From: Alphaproteobacteria bacterium | GTDB taxonomy: Bacteria; Pseudomonadota; Alphaproteobacteria; Rickettsiales; JABDBP01 | Assembly (NCBI GenBank): GCA_013288565.1 | Contig: JABDBP010000006.1 | Location: forward strand, 5,088 to 69,087 | Length of the DNA stretch: 64,000 nucleotides | Direction of reading: 5' to 3' | In this document: positions 1 to 16,724 of the stretch, one piece after another | How the letters are laid out: each line of letters opens with the position of its first letter | Position numbering within the stretch: the first letter of the stretch is position 1 | Translations under genes and position numbers: made by a program | The notes under the pieces: generated by a model | Databases searched by the model: none | Told to the model about the DNA's origin: nothing | The model's input: the letters and a program-made list of their open reading frames with translations, nothing else

Positions 1-1
1 G

Positions 2-2977
<2,976 letters not shown>

Positions 2978-2980
2978 ATA

Positions 2981-3367
2981 ATGGATGAACAAGCGGAATC
3001 CGCTCTAGTTATAGAGAAAGCGAAAGCGGCGCTGTTGGATAAAGTAGGTTGGACCACACCATTCGATGATAGGGAAAGAGTGAGTCGAATGATGGATCAT
3101 AACACTCTATTTGACAAATCAGTGGCGGAACAAGTGCTTATGATGTTGCGAAAAGTTGCCGTTACTACCAGGTTTTCTGAAGATGAAAGGATTCCAGAAG
3201 TAGTGAAGCATTTTCCATTGGATCAAGAAGCAGAAAACCGAGCACATATAGAGTTCTTTACGGTTCGTGCGGGAGTTGAAGCTGTTGAGAAGTTAGTTAT
3301 CAAGGTAGACAAGGATGCACTCGAAGCAGCCCAGCAGCGGGCATTGGGCAAAGGAATAAATAATTAG
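2981..3367 (+). CDS. Orphan hypothetical protein (128 aa) between rpoB and rpoC
   Basis: ATG 3 nt after the rpoB stop, preceded by GAGGAGG in the rpoB 3' end; fills the gap; AT-richer than flanks; no recognisable motif. Confidence 0.65.
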   Translation: MDEQAESALVIEKAKAALLDKVGWTTPFDDRERVSRMMDHNTLFDKSVAEQVLMMLRKVAVTTRFSEDERIPEVVKHFPLDQEAENRAHIEFFTVRAGVEAVEKLVIKVDKDALEAAQQRALGKGINN

Positions 3368-3404
3368 CACAGGAGTCGCAAGTAGAAAAATTACTCGCAC
3401 TTAA

Positions 3405-7652
<4,248 letters not shown>

Positions 7653-7654
7653 AC

Positions 7655-9763
7655 ATGCCGTCGTCGTTCCCGCGCAAGCGGGAATCCAGTGAAAAGTTTA
7701 ACTGGATGCCAGCCTGCGCTGGCATGACGGTGTTTTTTTTCTTCATTCTTTTTCTTCCTCATTCCACCCCCGCCCACATTTCCGACCAGGTAACCACCGA
7801 TCAGGCGAGCGTTCGGCTGCTCACGGGAAATCAAAATGCCGGGGAAATAAATCTTGGGCTGGAATTCAAAATAAAACCGGGATGGAAAGTTTACTGGCGT
7901 ACGCCCGGTGATGCCGGGATGCCTATAACGCTCGACTGGCGCGGTTCGGAAAATCTCTCAGGCGAAAAAATATTATGGCCGGTGCCAGCGCGCTCGGTCG
8001 ATTCCGGGTTAGAGACTTTCGGCTACTACGATTATCTGCTGCTGCCGGTTAGAGCAAAAATAGAAAATCCCGGGCAACCGGTTTTGCTGAATCTCAAAGT
8101 AACTTACGCAATTTGCAAGGATATATGCCTGACCTTGGAGCATGAATTCCACGTGGTGATTCCGGCTGGCGCGGTGGACGACCAGGCGCAAAATCTTATA
8201 AACCGGGCGGAAACCCTGGTTCCGGGCAGTTCCACGGCGATCGCCATTCAAGAAAGTTACCTGCAAGAATCGGGTAAGGATGTCCTGCTTATCCTGAAAG
8301 CGGCGGCTTCGCAGGGCTTTCAGAAACCCGATTTGATCGTCGAAGGCCCAGCCAATTTCCGGTTTCCGCAAGGAAAGGTAAGGCTTTCAGCTGATAAAAA
8401 ACAGGCGGTTTTCACCATTGTTGTTCAGCCGCAGATTTCGGATCAACACTTCATCGGCGGGGATTTGATCCTGACGCTGGTAGATAGTGGAAAAGCGATG
8501 GAGAAAAAAACCACGGTTGCATTTCCCAAGCGCAATAGTTCGGAAAAAAGCGGAGAACTAGGGCTGATAATCATCTTCGCATTCCTTGGCGGATTGATTT
8601 TGAACCTGATGCCGTGCGTGCTGCCAGTGCTTTCCGTCAAGTTGCTCGGGGTTTTGAAACAGGGCGGCAGATCCAGGCGCGAAGTCCGCCAGGCCTTTCT
8701 TTCTACTACTGGCGGGATTTTATTTTCGTTCTTGCTGCTGGCAGCAATAATTTCATTATTTAAACAGGCCGGGATGGCAGTCGGCTGGGGATTCCATTTC
8801 CAGGAGCCGGTTTTTGTCATATTCCTGATACTGGTGTTGCTGCTTTTTTCCGCCAACCTGTTCGGGCTTTTTGAAATAAACCTTCCGCGCTGGCTCGATA
8901 ATTTTATCAATCGCGGTGAGCATGAGGAGAACGAAAAAATTTCGCATTTCATGTCGGGTGCGCTGGCAGCGCTGCTAGCAACTCCTTGCAGCGCACCACT
9001 GCTTGGCTCGGCGATAAGTTTTGCGCTCAGCCAGGGCATCACCGAAATATTCGTGATTTTTTATTTCATCGGCGCGGGCTTAGCCACACCATACATAATA
9101 TTCGCCTTCTTCCCCGGATTGGTGACGAAATTACCCAAGCCCGGCCGGTGGATGCTCGCGGTGAAATGGCTGATGGGCTTGTTGCTGGTCGTCACCATCT
9201 GTTGGCTGATTTGGATATTATCGGCGCAACTCGGCAAGGATTCCGCCGTTGCCGTCGGCGTTTCGTCGATACTATTTTATATGCTTTATTGCATCACCAA
9301 ATGGTGGGGTGGGAAATCGCGCTACGCCATCAGGCTTTTCGGCATATTGATGGTGGCAGTTGCAGCAGGTTATTTCGTATTTTTCCCGAGCGTGGCCCAG
9401 CATGCGGAAAAGGAATCTGGGTTCTGGCAAGAATTTAACCAGGATAGAATTGCCCACGAAGTGGCAGCCGGGCATGTGGTGTTGGTAGACGTTACCGCTG
9501 GCTGGTGCCTGACCTGCAAGGCCAATGAAATCCGTGTTTTCGGCAAGGACGATGTGAAGGAAGAATTGCTGGAGAAAAAGGTGGTGCCCTTACGTGCTGA
9601 CTGGACCAACCGTAATCCGGCTATCCGCGATTATCTGGCCAGTCACAACCGTTTCGGCATCCCGTTTAATGCGGTTTACGGGCCGCATGCGCCGGGCGGG
9701 ATAGTCTTGAGTGAGCTGGTTTCCCGACGCGAATTAATGCAGGCGGTTGATAAGGCGCGGTAG
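7655..9763 (+). CDS. dsbD: Thiol:disulfide interchange protein DsbD/ScsB family
   Basis: N-terminal WKVYWRTPG...CKDIC domain, TM domain with MPCVLP and TPCSAP, C-terminal thioredoxin WCLTC; start uncertain (7655 or 7724). Confidence 0.9.
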   Translation: MPSSFPRKRESSEKFNWMPACAGMTVFFFFILFLPHSTPAHISDQVTTDQASVRLLTGNQNAGEINLGLEFKIKPGWKVYWRTPGDAGMPITLDWRGSENLSGEKILWPVPARSVDSGLETFGYYDYLLLPVRAKIENPGQPVLLNLKVTYAICKDICLTLEHEFHVVIPAGAVDDQAQNLINRAETLVPGSSTAIAIQESYLQESGKDVLLILKAAASQGFQKPDLIVEGPANFRFPQGKVRLSADKKQAVFTIVVQPQISDQHFIGGDLILTLVDSGKAMEKKTTVAFPKRNSSEKSGELGLIIIFAFLGGLILNLMPCVLPVLSVKLLGVLKQGGRSRREVRQAFLSTTGGILFSFLLLAAIISLFKQAGMAVGWGFHFQEPVFVIFLILVLLLFSANLFGLFEINLPRWLDNFINRGEHEENEKISHFMSGALAALLATPCSAPLLGSAISFALSQGITEIFVIFYFIGAGLATPYIIFAFFPGLVTKLPKPGRWMLAVKWLMGLLLVVTICWLIWILSAQLGKDSAVAVGVSSILFYMLYCITKWWGGKSRYAIRLFGILMVAVAAGYFVFFPSVAQHAEKESGFWQEFNQDRIAHEVAAGHVVLVDVTAGWCLTCKANEIRVFGKDDVKEELLEKKVVPLRADWTNRNPAIRDYLASHNRFGIPFNAVYGPHAPGGIVLSELVSRRELMQAVDKAR
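7662..7729. repeat. Palindromic REP/RPE-like element overlapping the dsbD 5' end
   Basis: Hairpin TTCCCGC-gcaa-GCGGGAA, central TCCAGT...ACTGGA, hairpin ATGCCAGC-ctgc-GCTGGCAT, ending ATGAC; translates as SFPRKRES...WMPACAGMT. Confidence 0.85.
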
Positions 9764-9816
9764 TCGGGATCTCCGATGGCGGCACAGCGGGGATGTTTGC
9801 CAATGGCGTTTATGAA

Positions 9817-10734
9817 TTATGCTTTTCCAGCAACGGTGCGTCTCGGAAGTGTAATCTCCAGACCATTACCATTTAGTTTTTCTTTAACATGCTCATCAAG
9901 CCAATTCGTGTAGGCTCTGGCAGTCTTATTGAAGTCAACCATAGCCTGGTTTTCGTTCCACCCCCCATGGTATAAAGAGGCCGCAAGTCTTGCGACTTCA
10001 AGAGCGTTCCTTTCTCTCCGAATATCCCCGTCAGGAGAATCGCTTTGTCTTTTTTCTCCAGGTAAACCTTGGCTTATGCCTATAATTATTTCTGCCAGTC
10101 TTGTTTCCATCTGTGCCAGGATCGTTCCATAAAACAACTCTCTGACAGTCGTTCTTCTTCCGGGACCTTCACCGAATGTGGTTATACCGAGTCTGACAAA
10201 ATCAGGGTGGTCTTTGACAGAAATCTCTGGGAACATCTCCTCACTGAGCCTTGGCAAAGTTTCTGGTGCAACAGCAAACTCTGATGATTTCCTTGTACTG
10301 AAAAATAGCGGACTCCTTATCTCTTTCACTATCGCATCAATCGTATCCATCGTAGTATATTGTGCATGGGCTACTTCGCTGACTAACTGCGCCTTATAGG
10401 CTCTCTTTGCACCATGTTTTTTCAAGGTTTCTGCTATATCCCTGGCAATACCAGCATTAACCGCAAATATAGATTCGCCAAAAGCGTCGGCCCGTTCCGT
10501 GTACTTTTCCTTTTCGCCCTCGGCTAGATAAAGCTGTTCACGCCGCACATAATAATCGAGCGCGGTTTCCCCTTTTTGCACTTTATCATTACCGGGCAAC
10601 CTGACATTCACATCAGCACCTCTTTTCAAGGCCTTTTCAAGAAGCGCAATGAATTCATCCTGTCCAGCCTTTATGACCGACTTTCCGATAAGGTCTATTA
10701 ATTCTTGCGTAGCTTGAACATCATGGTTTTGCAT
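9817..10734 (-). CDS. Orphan protein with degenerate ankyrin-like N-terminus (305 aa)
   Basis: ALKRGADVN...GETALD...IAETLKKHGA resemble ankyrin consensus fragments; AT-richer than flanks. Confidence 0.7.
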   Translation of the reverse strand: MQNHDVQATQELIDLIGKSVIKAGQDEFIALLEKALKRGADVNVRLPGNDKVQKGETALDYYVRREQLYLAEGEKEKYTERADAFGESIFAVNAGIARDIAETLKKHGAKRAYKAQLVSEVAHAQYTTMDTIDAIVKEIRSPLFFSTRKSSEFAVAPETLPRLSEEMFPEISVKDHPDFVRLGITTFGEGPGRRTTVRELFYGTILAQMETRLAEIIIGISQGLPGEKRQSDSPDGDIRRERNALEVARLAASLYHGGWNENQAMVDFNKTARAYTNWLDEHVKEKLNGNGLEITLPRRTVAGKA

Positions 10735-10797
10735 AAATTTCTCACTCTAGTGGTTGTTAAGTATATACGACCTGATGTAAAGAATATAAGAAAAAGA

Positions 10798-10813
10798 TTA
10801 ACAAAAGGTTAAC
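10798..10813. promoter_or_regulatory. CtrA-binding box upstream of ftsZ
   Basis: TTAA-CAAAAGG-TTAAC, exact TTAA-N7-TTAAC consensus, ~110 nt upstream of ftsZ. Confidence 0.75.
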
Positions 10814-10925
10814 AATAAATGATTTGTTGCGGTTTTTAAATTTTCTCATTTTTAGTTTTATTCCCGTCCCGTTTTTGTATATATTGTAGGGAAAATCTAA
10901 TAGGGAACCATATCTAGGGGTTAAA

Positions 10926-12368
10926 ATGTCAATCAACATCGAATTGCCGAAAAAAACGGTACTTAAAGCCACCATCGCAGTTTTCGGCGTCGGCGGTGCG
11001 GGTGGAAACGCCGTCAATAACATGATCAATTCTAACCTCGAAGGCGTGAATTTCTATGTCGCCAATACCGACGCGCAGGCGCTGGAAATCTCGCGGGCGG
11101 AAAAAAGAATCCATCTCGGCCAGATGTTGACTCAAGGGCTAGGCGCCGGTTCATACCCGGAAGTCGGCCGCGCTGCCGCCGAGGAATCACTCGATGAACT
11201 AAGAGAATATATGCAGGGCTGTAACATGGTTTTCATCACTGCCGGAATGGGTGGCGGTACCGGCACGGGGGCGGCACCCGTTATTGCCAGGCTCGCCAAG
11301 GAAATGGGGGTTTTAACGGTTTCGGTGGTGACAAAACCATTCCACTTTGAGGGCAGCCATCGCATGCGCGTCGCCGATCTGGGAGTGCAGGAATTGCAGA
11401 AATTCGTTGATACATTAATCGTCATCCCGAACCAGAATTTATTCCGCATCGCCGATAAGAACACCACCTTCGCTGACGCGTTCAAAATGGCTGACGACGT
11501 GCTGCACGCCGGCGTCCGCTCCGTCACCGACCTGATGGTGATGCCGGGACTCATCAACCTCGATTTCGCCGACGTGCGCTCGGTAATCAGCGAGATGGGC
11601 AAGGCGATGATGGGAACCGGCGAAGCTTCAGGCGAAAACCGTGCGCTGGAAGCGGCGGAGGCCGCCATTTCCAACCCGCTGCTCGATAACGCCTCAATGC
11701 ACGGCGCCAAAGGTGTTTTGATCAACATCACCGGCGGGCCGGACATGACTTTATTTGAAGTCGACGAGGCGGCGAACCGCATCCGTGAGGAAGTGGATTC
11801 CGAGGCCAACATTATTTTCGGCTCAACATTCAACCAGGCATTGGAAGGTAAAATCCGCGTCTCGGTAGTGGCTACGGGGATTGACGGCGGAGCGGAAAGA
11901 AAAGCCGTGCCCACGAATAATTTTTATTCCGAGTCTAAAATAAAACCGAAACCGGTTGAGAATGAGTTCTCGATTGATTCATTCATCGCACCAGAGCCGA
12001 CAGAGCCAGAGTTAACGGCGAAAGATTTGATAGCAGATTTCCCAGAGCTGCCGGAGCGGGAATATGCGGGTGAAGCCGCAGAGGAAAATATGTTCTATCC
12101 CGTCCAACCCCAGGCGGTTGCAGCAGCAAGTCCGAGCGTCTATGCGAAAAAGGAGCCGGTATTCGAATCGAATAATGTTACAAATACTGGCGCACGGGCC
12201 GAACTCGCCAAGCAGGAAATAGCACCCAGATTCAGCTTTTTTGGCCGCACCAAGCGCGAGGAAAATTCAAATCCTCTAGTGGAAAAAGACATCCGGGTGA
12301 AAGAATCGAGAGGGCATCCCGGCCAGGATCAGTCGGACATTCCAGCCTATATGCGGAAGAAAAATTAG
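10926..12368 (+). CDS. ftsZ: Cell division protein FtsZ
   Basis: [18 protein letters not shown] tubulin signature, long linker, C-terminal DIPAYMRK peptide. Confidence 0.99.
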   Translation: MSINIELPKKTVLKATIAVFGVGGAGGNAVNNMINSNLEGVNFYVANTDAQALEISRAEKRIHLGQMLTQGLGAGSYPEVGRAAAEESLDELREYMQGCNMVFITAGMGGGTGTGAAPVIARLAKEMGVLTVSVVTKPFHFEGSHRMRVADLGVQELQKFVDTLIVIPNQNLFRIADKNTTFADAFKMADDVLHAGVRSVTDLMVMPGLINLDFADVRSVISEMGKAMMGTGEASGENRALEAAEAAISNPLLDNASMHGAKGVLINITGGPDMTLFEVDEAANRIREEVDSEANIIFGSTFNQALEGKIRVSVVATGIDGGAERKAVPTNNFYSESKIKPKPVENEFSIDSFIAPEPTEPELTAKDLIADFPELPEREYAGEAAEENMFYPVQPQAVAAASPSVYAKKEPVFESNNVTNTGARAELAKQEIAPRFSFFGRTKREENSNPLVEKDIRVKESRGHPGQDQSDIPAYMRKKN

Positions 12369-12378
12369 AACGCACGGG

Positions 12379-12846
12379 TCACTCCCGCATCGCTTGGGCT
12401 TTTTCCCGCTCCCAGTCGCGTTTCTTTTCCGATTGGCGCTTGTCATATTTAGTTTTGCCTTTCCCAATCGCCATCTCGACCTTGGCGATGCCCCTTTTAT
12501 TAAAATATAGCGAAAGCGGCACCAGCGTTATGCCCTTGGTTTTTAAGCGCCCGAGTAACTTGTTCATCTGGCGTTTATGGAGCAACAGTTTGCGCTGGCG
12601 TTTGGGTTCGTGATTGAAATTCCCAGCTTTATCATAGGCCGGTATATAGGAATTTAGCAGGAACAATTCGCCACTGACTTCTGCTGCGTATGAATCCTGG
12701 ATGTTGCCCTTCCCGGCGCGCAATGATTTCACTTCGCTGCCTGTCAGTATTATTCCCGCCTCGAATTTTTCCTCAATCGCATAATCGTGCCGCGCCTTGC
12801 GGTTCTGCGCAGCATAATTTATGGAGGGCTTGTCTTTTTTAGCCAC
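12379..12846 (-). CDS. smpB: SsrA-binding protein
   Basis: NRKARHDY, LTGSEVKSLR, RKLLLHK, YDKR motifs. Confidence 0.98.
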   Translation of the reverse strand: MAKKDKPSINYAAQNRKARHDYAIEEKFEAGIILTGSEVKSLRAGKGNIQDSYAAEVSGELFLLNSYIPAYDKAGNFNHEPKRQRKLLLHKRQMNKLLGRLKTKGITLVPLSLYFNKRGIAKVEMAIGKGKTKYDKRQSEKKRDWEREKAQAMRE

Positions 12847-12860
12847 AGCTAATTACCGGC

Positions 12861-13742
12861 TTATATAAGTCCAGCATCAGCGAGGACTTTCTTCACCTTC
12901 ACCTTATTTTCGGCTGAAGGTTGCACCAGCGGCAATCTTAAATCCGGTTTGCATAATCCCATCAGGTGAGCTGCATATTTCACCGGGCTGGGGCTGGTCT
13001 CAAGGAACATCGCGAGATGCAGCGGCAATAATTTATCGTTCAATTTTTGCGCTTCTTTTATTTTTCCTGCGAACCACAAGTTTTGCAATTCCGCACACAT
13101 TTTCGGCGCAATATTGGCGGTGACGGAAATGCAACCCACGCCGCCGCTTATATTGAAAGCCAGCGCAGTTGCATCTTCGCCGCTGAGCTGGATGAATTTA
13201 TCACGATTTTTGCCGAGCTTGGCACGCAATTTCAAAGGCCGTGCCAGATCGCCTGTTGCGTCCTTAATGCCTGCTATCCTTTTCAATTCCGCCAGCCGCG
13301 CCAATGTATCATCGGAAATATCGATCACCGAACGACCCGGAATATTATAGATGAACAGCGGGATTTTCGTTGCATCGTGTATCGCCTTATAATGCTGATA
13401 AATCCCTTCCTGCGTCGGTTTGTTATAATACGGCGAGGCAATCAGCGCCGCATCGGCGCCACAATTCTCGGCGTGGCGGGTCATCATTATTGCCTCTTCG
13501 GTGGAGTTTGAGCCAGTTCCTGCCATCACCGGGATTTTCCCCTTAGCAAATTTTACGCAACATTCGGTCACATAATTATGCTCGTCATGCGAAAGTGTCG
13601 GCGATTCGCCGGTGGTGCCGCAGGGCACCAGCCCGTGCGCACCTTCCCCTATCTGCCACTCGATGATATTTTTGAAAGCCTTCTCGTCGAACACTCGGCC
13701 CAAAAACGGCGTGATTAAAGCGGTGAATAATCCTTTGAACAT
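12861..13742 (-). CDS. dapA: 4-hydroxy-tetrahydrodipicolinate synthase
   Basis: GTTGES, YNIPGR, GIKDATG motifs; conserved dapA-smpB order. Confidence 0.97.
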   Translation of the reverse strand: MFKGLFTALITPFLGRVFDEKAFKNIIEWQIGEGAHGLVPCGTTGESPTLSHDEHNYVTECCVKFAKGKIPVMAGTGSNSTEEAIMMTRHAENCGADAALIASPYYNKPTQEGIYQHYKAIHDATKIPLFIYNIPGRSVIDISDDTLARLAELKRIAGIKDATGDLARPLKLRAKLGKNRDKFIQLSGEDATALAFNISGGVGCISVTANIAPKMCAELQNLWFAGKIKEAQKLNDKLLPLHLAMFLETSPSPVKYAAHLMGLCKPDLRLPLVQPSAENKVKVKKVLADAGLI

Positions 13743-13762
13743 AGCTATAATATTGTTAATTT

Positions 13763-15781
13763 ATGCACATGAAATTTTTCAATACCGCGGCTCTGGTTTT
13801 GCTGTTGCTAGCAGAAGCCGCAGATTGCCAAGCTGCCGTTGCAAAAAAACATGCGACCGCCAACCCCACTGCTGTACAGGATTTTGCCACAATTCGCAAA
13901 GCAATTTCCGCCGCCAAGGCCAAAAAATGGCGTGTTGCCAGGGAATATGCCGTAAGTTTTGGCGTACCGGTTCTGTCTAAAATCGTTATGTGGATGGAAT
14001 TCACCGAGCCGGGTGAGCAAAGTTCTTTCGGCGAAATATCTGAATTCATCAGGAAAAACCCGGACTGGCCGCAGCAGGATGTCATGTGGCAGAATGCAGA
14101 AAATTCGCTGGATAATAGCGTCCCACCGGAAAAGATAATCGCATGGTTCGCCAGCCATCCGCCGGAGACCAGGAACGGCATGGTTTATCTTGGCCTGGCG
14201 AAAAAAGCGGTAAATCCGGACAGCAAAGAGGCTAAGGAAGAAGCCGATTCACTGATAAGGAAGGCCTGGGTCAAAGGAAATTTCAGCGAAAAGGAGGAGA
14301 GGGAATTCTTGCATACTTACGGCAGTTTAATACGCGAAAGCGATTATGCTGGCCGCATCGACAACCTACTGTGGGAAGAGAAAATTGATCCCGCGAAAAG
14401 GATAATGGATAAAGTTTCCAAGCCTTATCTGAAATTGTTCGCGGCTCGTATAGCGTTCATCAGGAACAAGCGCGGCGCGGTCGAGCTGGCGCGCGATGTC
14501 CCCCGCGAATTGCAGGAAAATGAGGGCCTGCTTTACGATGCTGCGCACTGGTATTACGCGGCGAAAGAGCCGGATAAAGTCCGGCACATATTGGAATTCT
14601 TGCCCAAAGATCTGGATCACGTGGAAAAATGGACGAATATACGCCTTGATCAAATCCGCTCGCTGATTTCCGATGGGAAATATGATCAGGCTTATCATCT
14701 AGCCGGAGAGCACGGACAGGCAGGAAGCCTGGATTATTCGGAAGTGGAATGGATGGCGGGATGGGTGGCGCTGAGGTTCCAGGATAATCCCGACCGCGCC
14801 TACAAGCATTTCTATAATCTATATAGCGCCGTCAAAACGCCGATGAGCTTGGCGCGCGCCGCCTATTGGGCGGGAAGGGCAGCGGAAAGCTCGGGGAAAA
14901 CTGACTTGGCAAAAAACTGGTATGATGTCGGTGCGATTTATTCCACCACTTTTTACGGCCAGCTCGCCGCTTTGAAAGCCGGGAAAAGCATCATTGGTTT
15001 TCCGCATTCGGTGACGCCGACGGCGGAAGATAAAAAAACTTTCGACCGCAAGGAAATCATCCTTGCCTTCCGCACATTGGCCAGCATTGGCGAGGATGAA
15101 ATCGCCAAAAGATTTCTCGTTGCCGCGATAAAAACCGCCAAAACCCAGGGGGAAATGCGGCTTATCAGCCGCATCGGCATTAACAGCGGCCATCGGGAAT
15201 TCTCGGTGGTGGCGGCGAAACAGGCGGCGTTGCGAGACGTGATATTCGAGGATGAATCCTATCCGACGCTCGCCGATCCGCGCATCCAGGATTTCATTGA
15301 GCCGCCGCTTGCCCACGCCGTCATCCGCCAGGAGAGCATGTTCGCCAAAGGGGCAGAAAGCTCGGCCGGAGCGCTGGGCTTGATGCAACTTCTCCCCGAT
15401 ACTGCGCGGCTAATGGCGCATAAGTTAAAAATCGCCTTCAACCGCGCGCGGCTGACCACTGATGCCAATTACAACATCCGCCTCGGCTCCTATTATTTGA
15501 AAAACCTGATCGATAATTACGACGGCTCCTACATCCTTGCTATCTGCGCCTATAACGGCGGTCAGACCAACGTTTCTAAATGGGTGCAGATGTATGGTGA
15601 CCCGCGCCGGATGCGAAAACTCGACAACATCGTCGATTGGCTCGAGGTAATCCCGTTCAAGGAAACCAGGAATTACGTGCAGCGTGTGCTGGAGACGACG
15701 GAAGTTTATAGATATATATTGGCCAAGAAATCGCCTGGAAATCAGCCAAAAATTCTACTGGAGAAGGATTTGGGTATCTAG
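13763..15781 (+). CDS. Soluble lytic murein transglycosylase (Slt70-like)
   Basis: Signal peptide, IRQES catalytic motif, GLMQL, AYNGG, ETRNYVQRV; divergent from dapA. Confidence 0.93.
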   Translation: MHMKFFNTAALVLLLLAEAADCQAAVAKKHATANPTAVQDFATIRKAISAAKAKKWRVAREYAVSFGVPVLSKIVMWMEFTEPGEQSSFGEISEFIRKNPDWPQQDVMWQNAENSLDNSVPPEKIIAWFASHPPETRNGMVYLGLAKKAVNPDSKEAKEEADSLIRKAWVKGNFSEKEEREFLHTYGSLIRESDYAGRIDNLLWEEKIDPAKRIMDKVSKPYLKLFAARIAFIRNKRGAVELARDVPRELQENEGLLYDAAHWYYAAKEPDKVRHILEFLPKDLDHVEKWTNIRLDQIRSLISDGKYDQAYHLAGEHGQAGSLDYSEVEWMAGWVALRFQDNPDRAYKHFYNLYSAVKTPMSLARAAYWAGRAAESSGKTDLAKNWYDVGAIYSTTFYGQLAALKAGKSIIGFPHSVTPTAEDKKTFDRKEIILAFRTLASIGEDEIAKRFLVAAIKTAKTQGEMRLISRIGINSGHREFSVVAAKQAALRDVIFEDESYPTLADPRIQDFIEPPLAHAVIRQESMFAKGAESSAGALGLMQLLPDTARLMAHKLKIAFNRARLTTDANYNIRLGSYYLKNLIDNYDGSYILAICAYNGGQTNVSKWVQMYGDPRRMRKLDNIVDWLEVIPFKETRNYVQRVLETTEVYRYILAKKSPGNQPKILLEKDLGI

Positions 15782-15812
15782 AGCATTTTCCAGTTTATGT
15801 AATTACATTATA

Positions 15813-15914
15813 CGTCATTGCGAGCGTAGCGAAGCAATCCAGCCAAGCCTCTTGCTCTGTAGCTGCTAAAAAGACTGGATTGCCGCATCGGCCGTTGGCC
15901 TCCCCGCAATGACG
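15813..15914. repeat. Palindromic REP-like element (GTCATTGCGAG...CGCAATGAC)
   Basis: Terminal inverted repeats CGTCATTGCG/CGCAATGACG and inner GCAATCCAG/CTGGATTGC; between convergent genes; same type as 38404-38482. Confidence 0.88.
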
Positions 15915-15922
15915 ATGTACAA

Positions 15923-16507
15923 CTATATAATCCTACACGCCTCTTCAAAGCTCAGCCGCGGATTGCGCGGATATAATTTCGTGCTGTCGCCATGGCCAAG
16001 ATTGCATAGGAAGTTCGATTTTATCTTCGTGCCGGCAAAAAATAATTCGTCGCATTTTTTACGGTCGAACCCCGACATTGGGCCACAGTCGAGGCCTACC
16101 GCCCTTGCCGCTAAAATAAAATATGCGCCGCCCAGGCTGCCATTGCGGAACGCGGTTTCTTCAATCGCCACCGGATTTCCCGCGAACCAGCTGCGCGCCG
16201 GCGCCTGCGGAAATAATTTCGGCAACTGTTCGTAAAATTCCATATCCATCGCTATTATGGCCGTGGCCGGGGCTTTCATCGTTTTCTCGACATTGCCTTC
16301 CTGCAGGCACAATTTTAATTTTTCTTTCGCCGCTTGGGATTTCACGAAATGAATCCGCATTGGTGAACAGTTTGCGGAGGTCGGCCCCATCTTCGCCAGA
16401 TCATATGCGGCCTTTAAAATATCATCACCGACTGGTTCATTTTTCCAATGCGTGTGTGTTCTTGCATCAGTGAAAATTATTTTTAGCGCGTCCCCGCCCA
16501 GTGCCAT
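15923..16507 (-). CDS. rutE: Malonic semialdehyde reductase RutE / nitroreductase family
   Basis: [33 protein letters not shown]; ATG at 16507 has a GGAG SD. Confidence 0.88.
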   Translation of the reverse strand: MALGGDALKIIFTDARTHTHWKNEPVGDDILKAAYDLAKMGPTSANCSPMRIHFVKSQAAKEKLKLCLQEGNVEKTMKAPATAIIAMDMEFYEQLPKLFPQAPARSWFAGNPVAIEETAFRNGSLGGAYFILAARAVGLDCGPMSGFDRKKCDELFFAGTKIKSNFLCNLGHGDSTKLYPRNPRLSFEEACRII

Positions 16508-16607
16508 ATGATTCTCCTTGATTTTATGCCGCAATGCAATAATCCTTGCAAAACAGGCATATAGCATTTTTTATAGATATTTCAAAACAAAATTAAGGCA
16601 AAAATAA

Positions 16608-16642
16608 TTAAAAATTATTTAAAAAATTAACGATTTGTTAAC
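16608..16642. promoter_or_regulatory. Tandem CtrA-binding boxes upstream of the 897-aa secreted protein
   Basis: TTAA-AAATTAT-TTAA (16608-16622) and TTAA-CGATTTG-TTAAC (16627-16642). Confidence 0.65.
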
Positions 16643-16724
16643 CTTTTTGTGTTATTGTGTATATTAGAATGTATTAAGGTATGTGTATTATGATACATAT
16701 ATATAGTGTGAGGGAGTAACGTAA

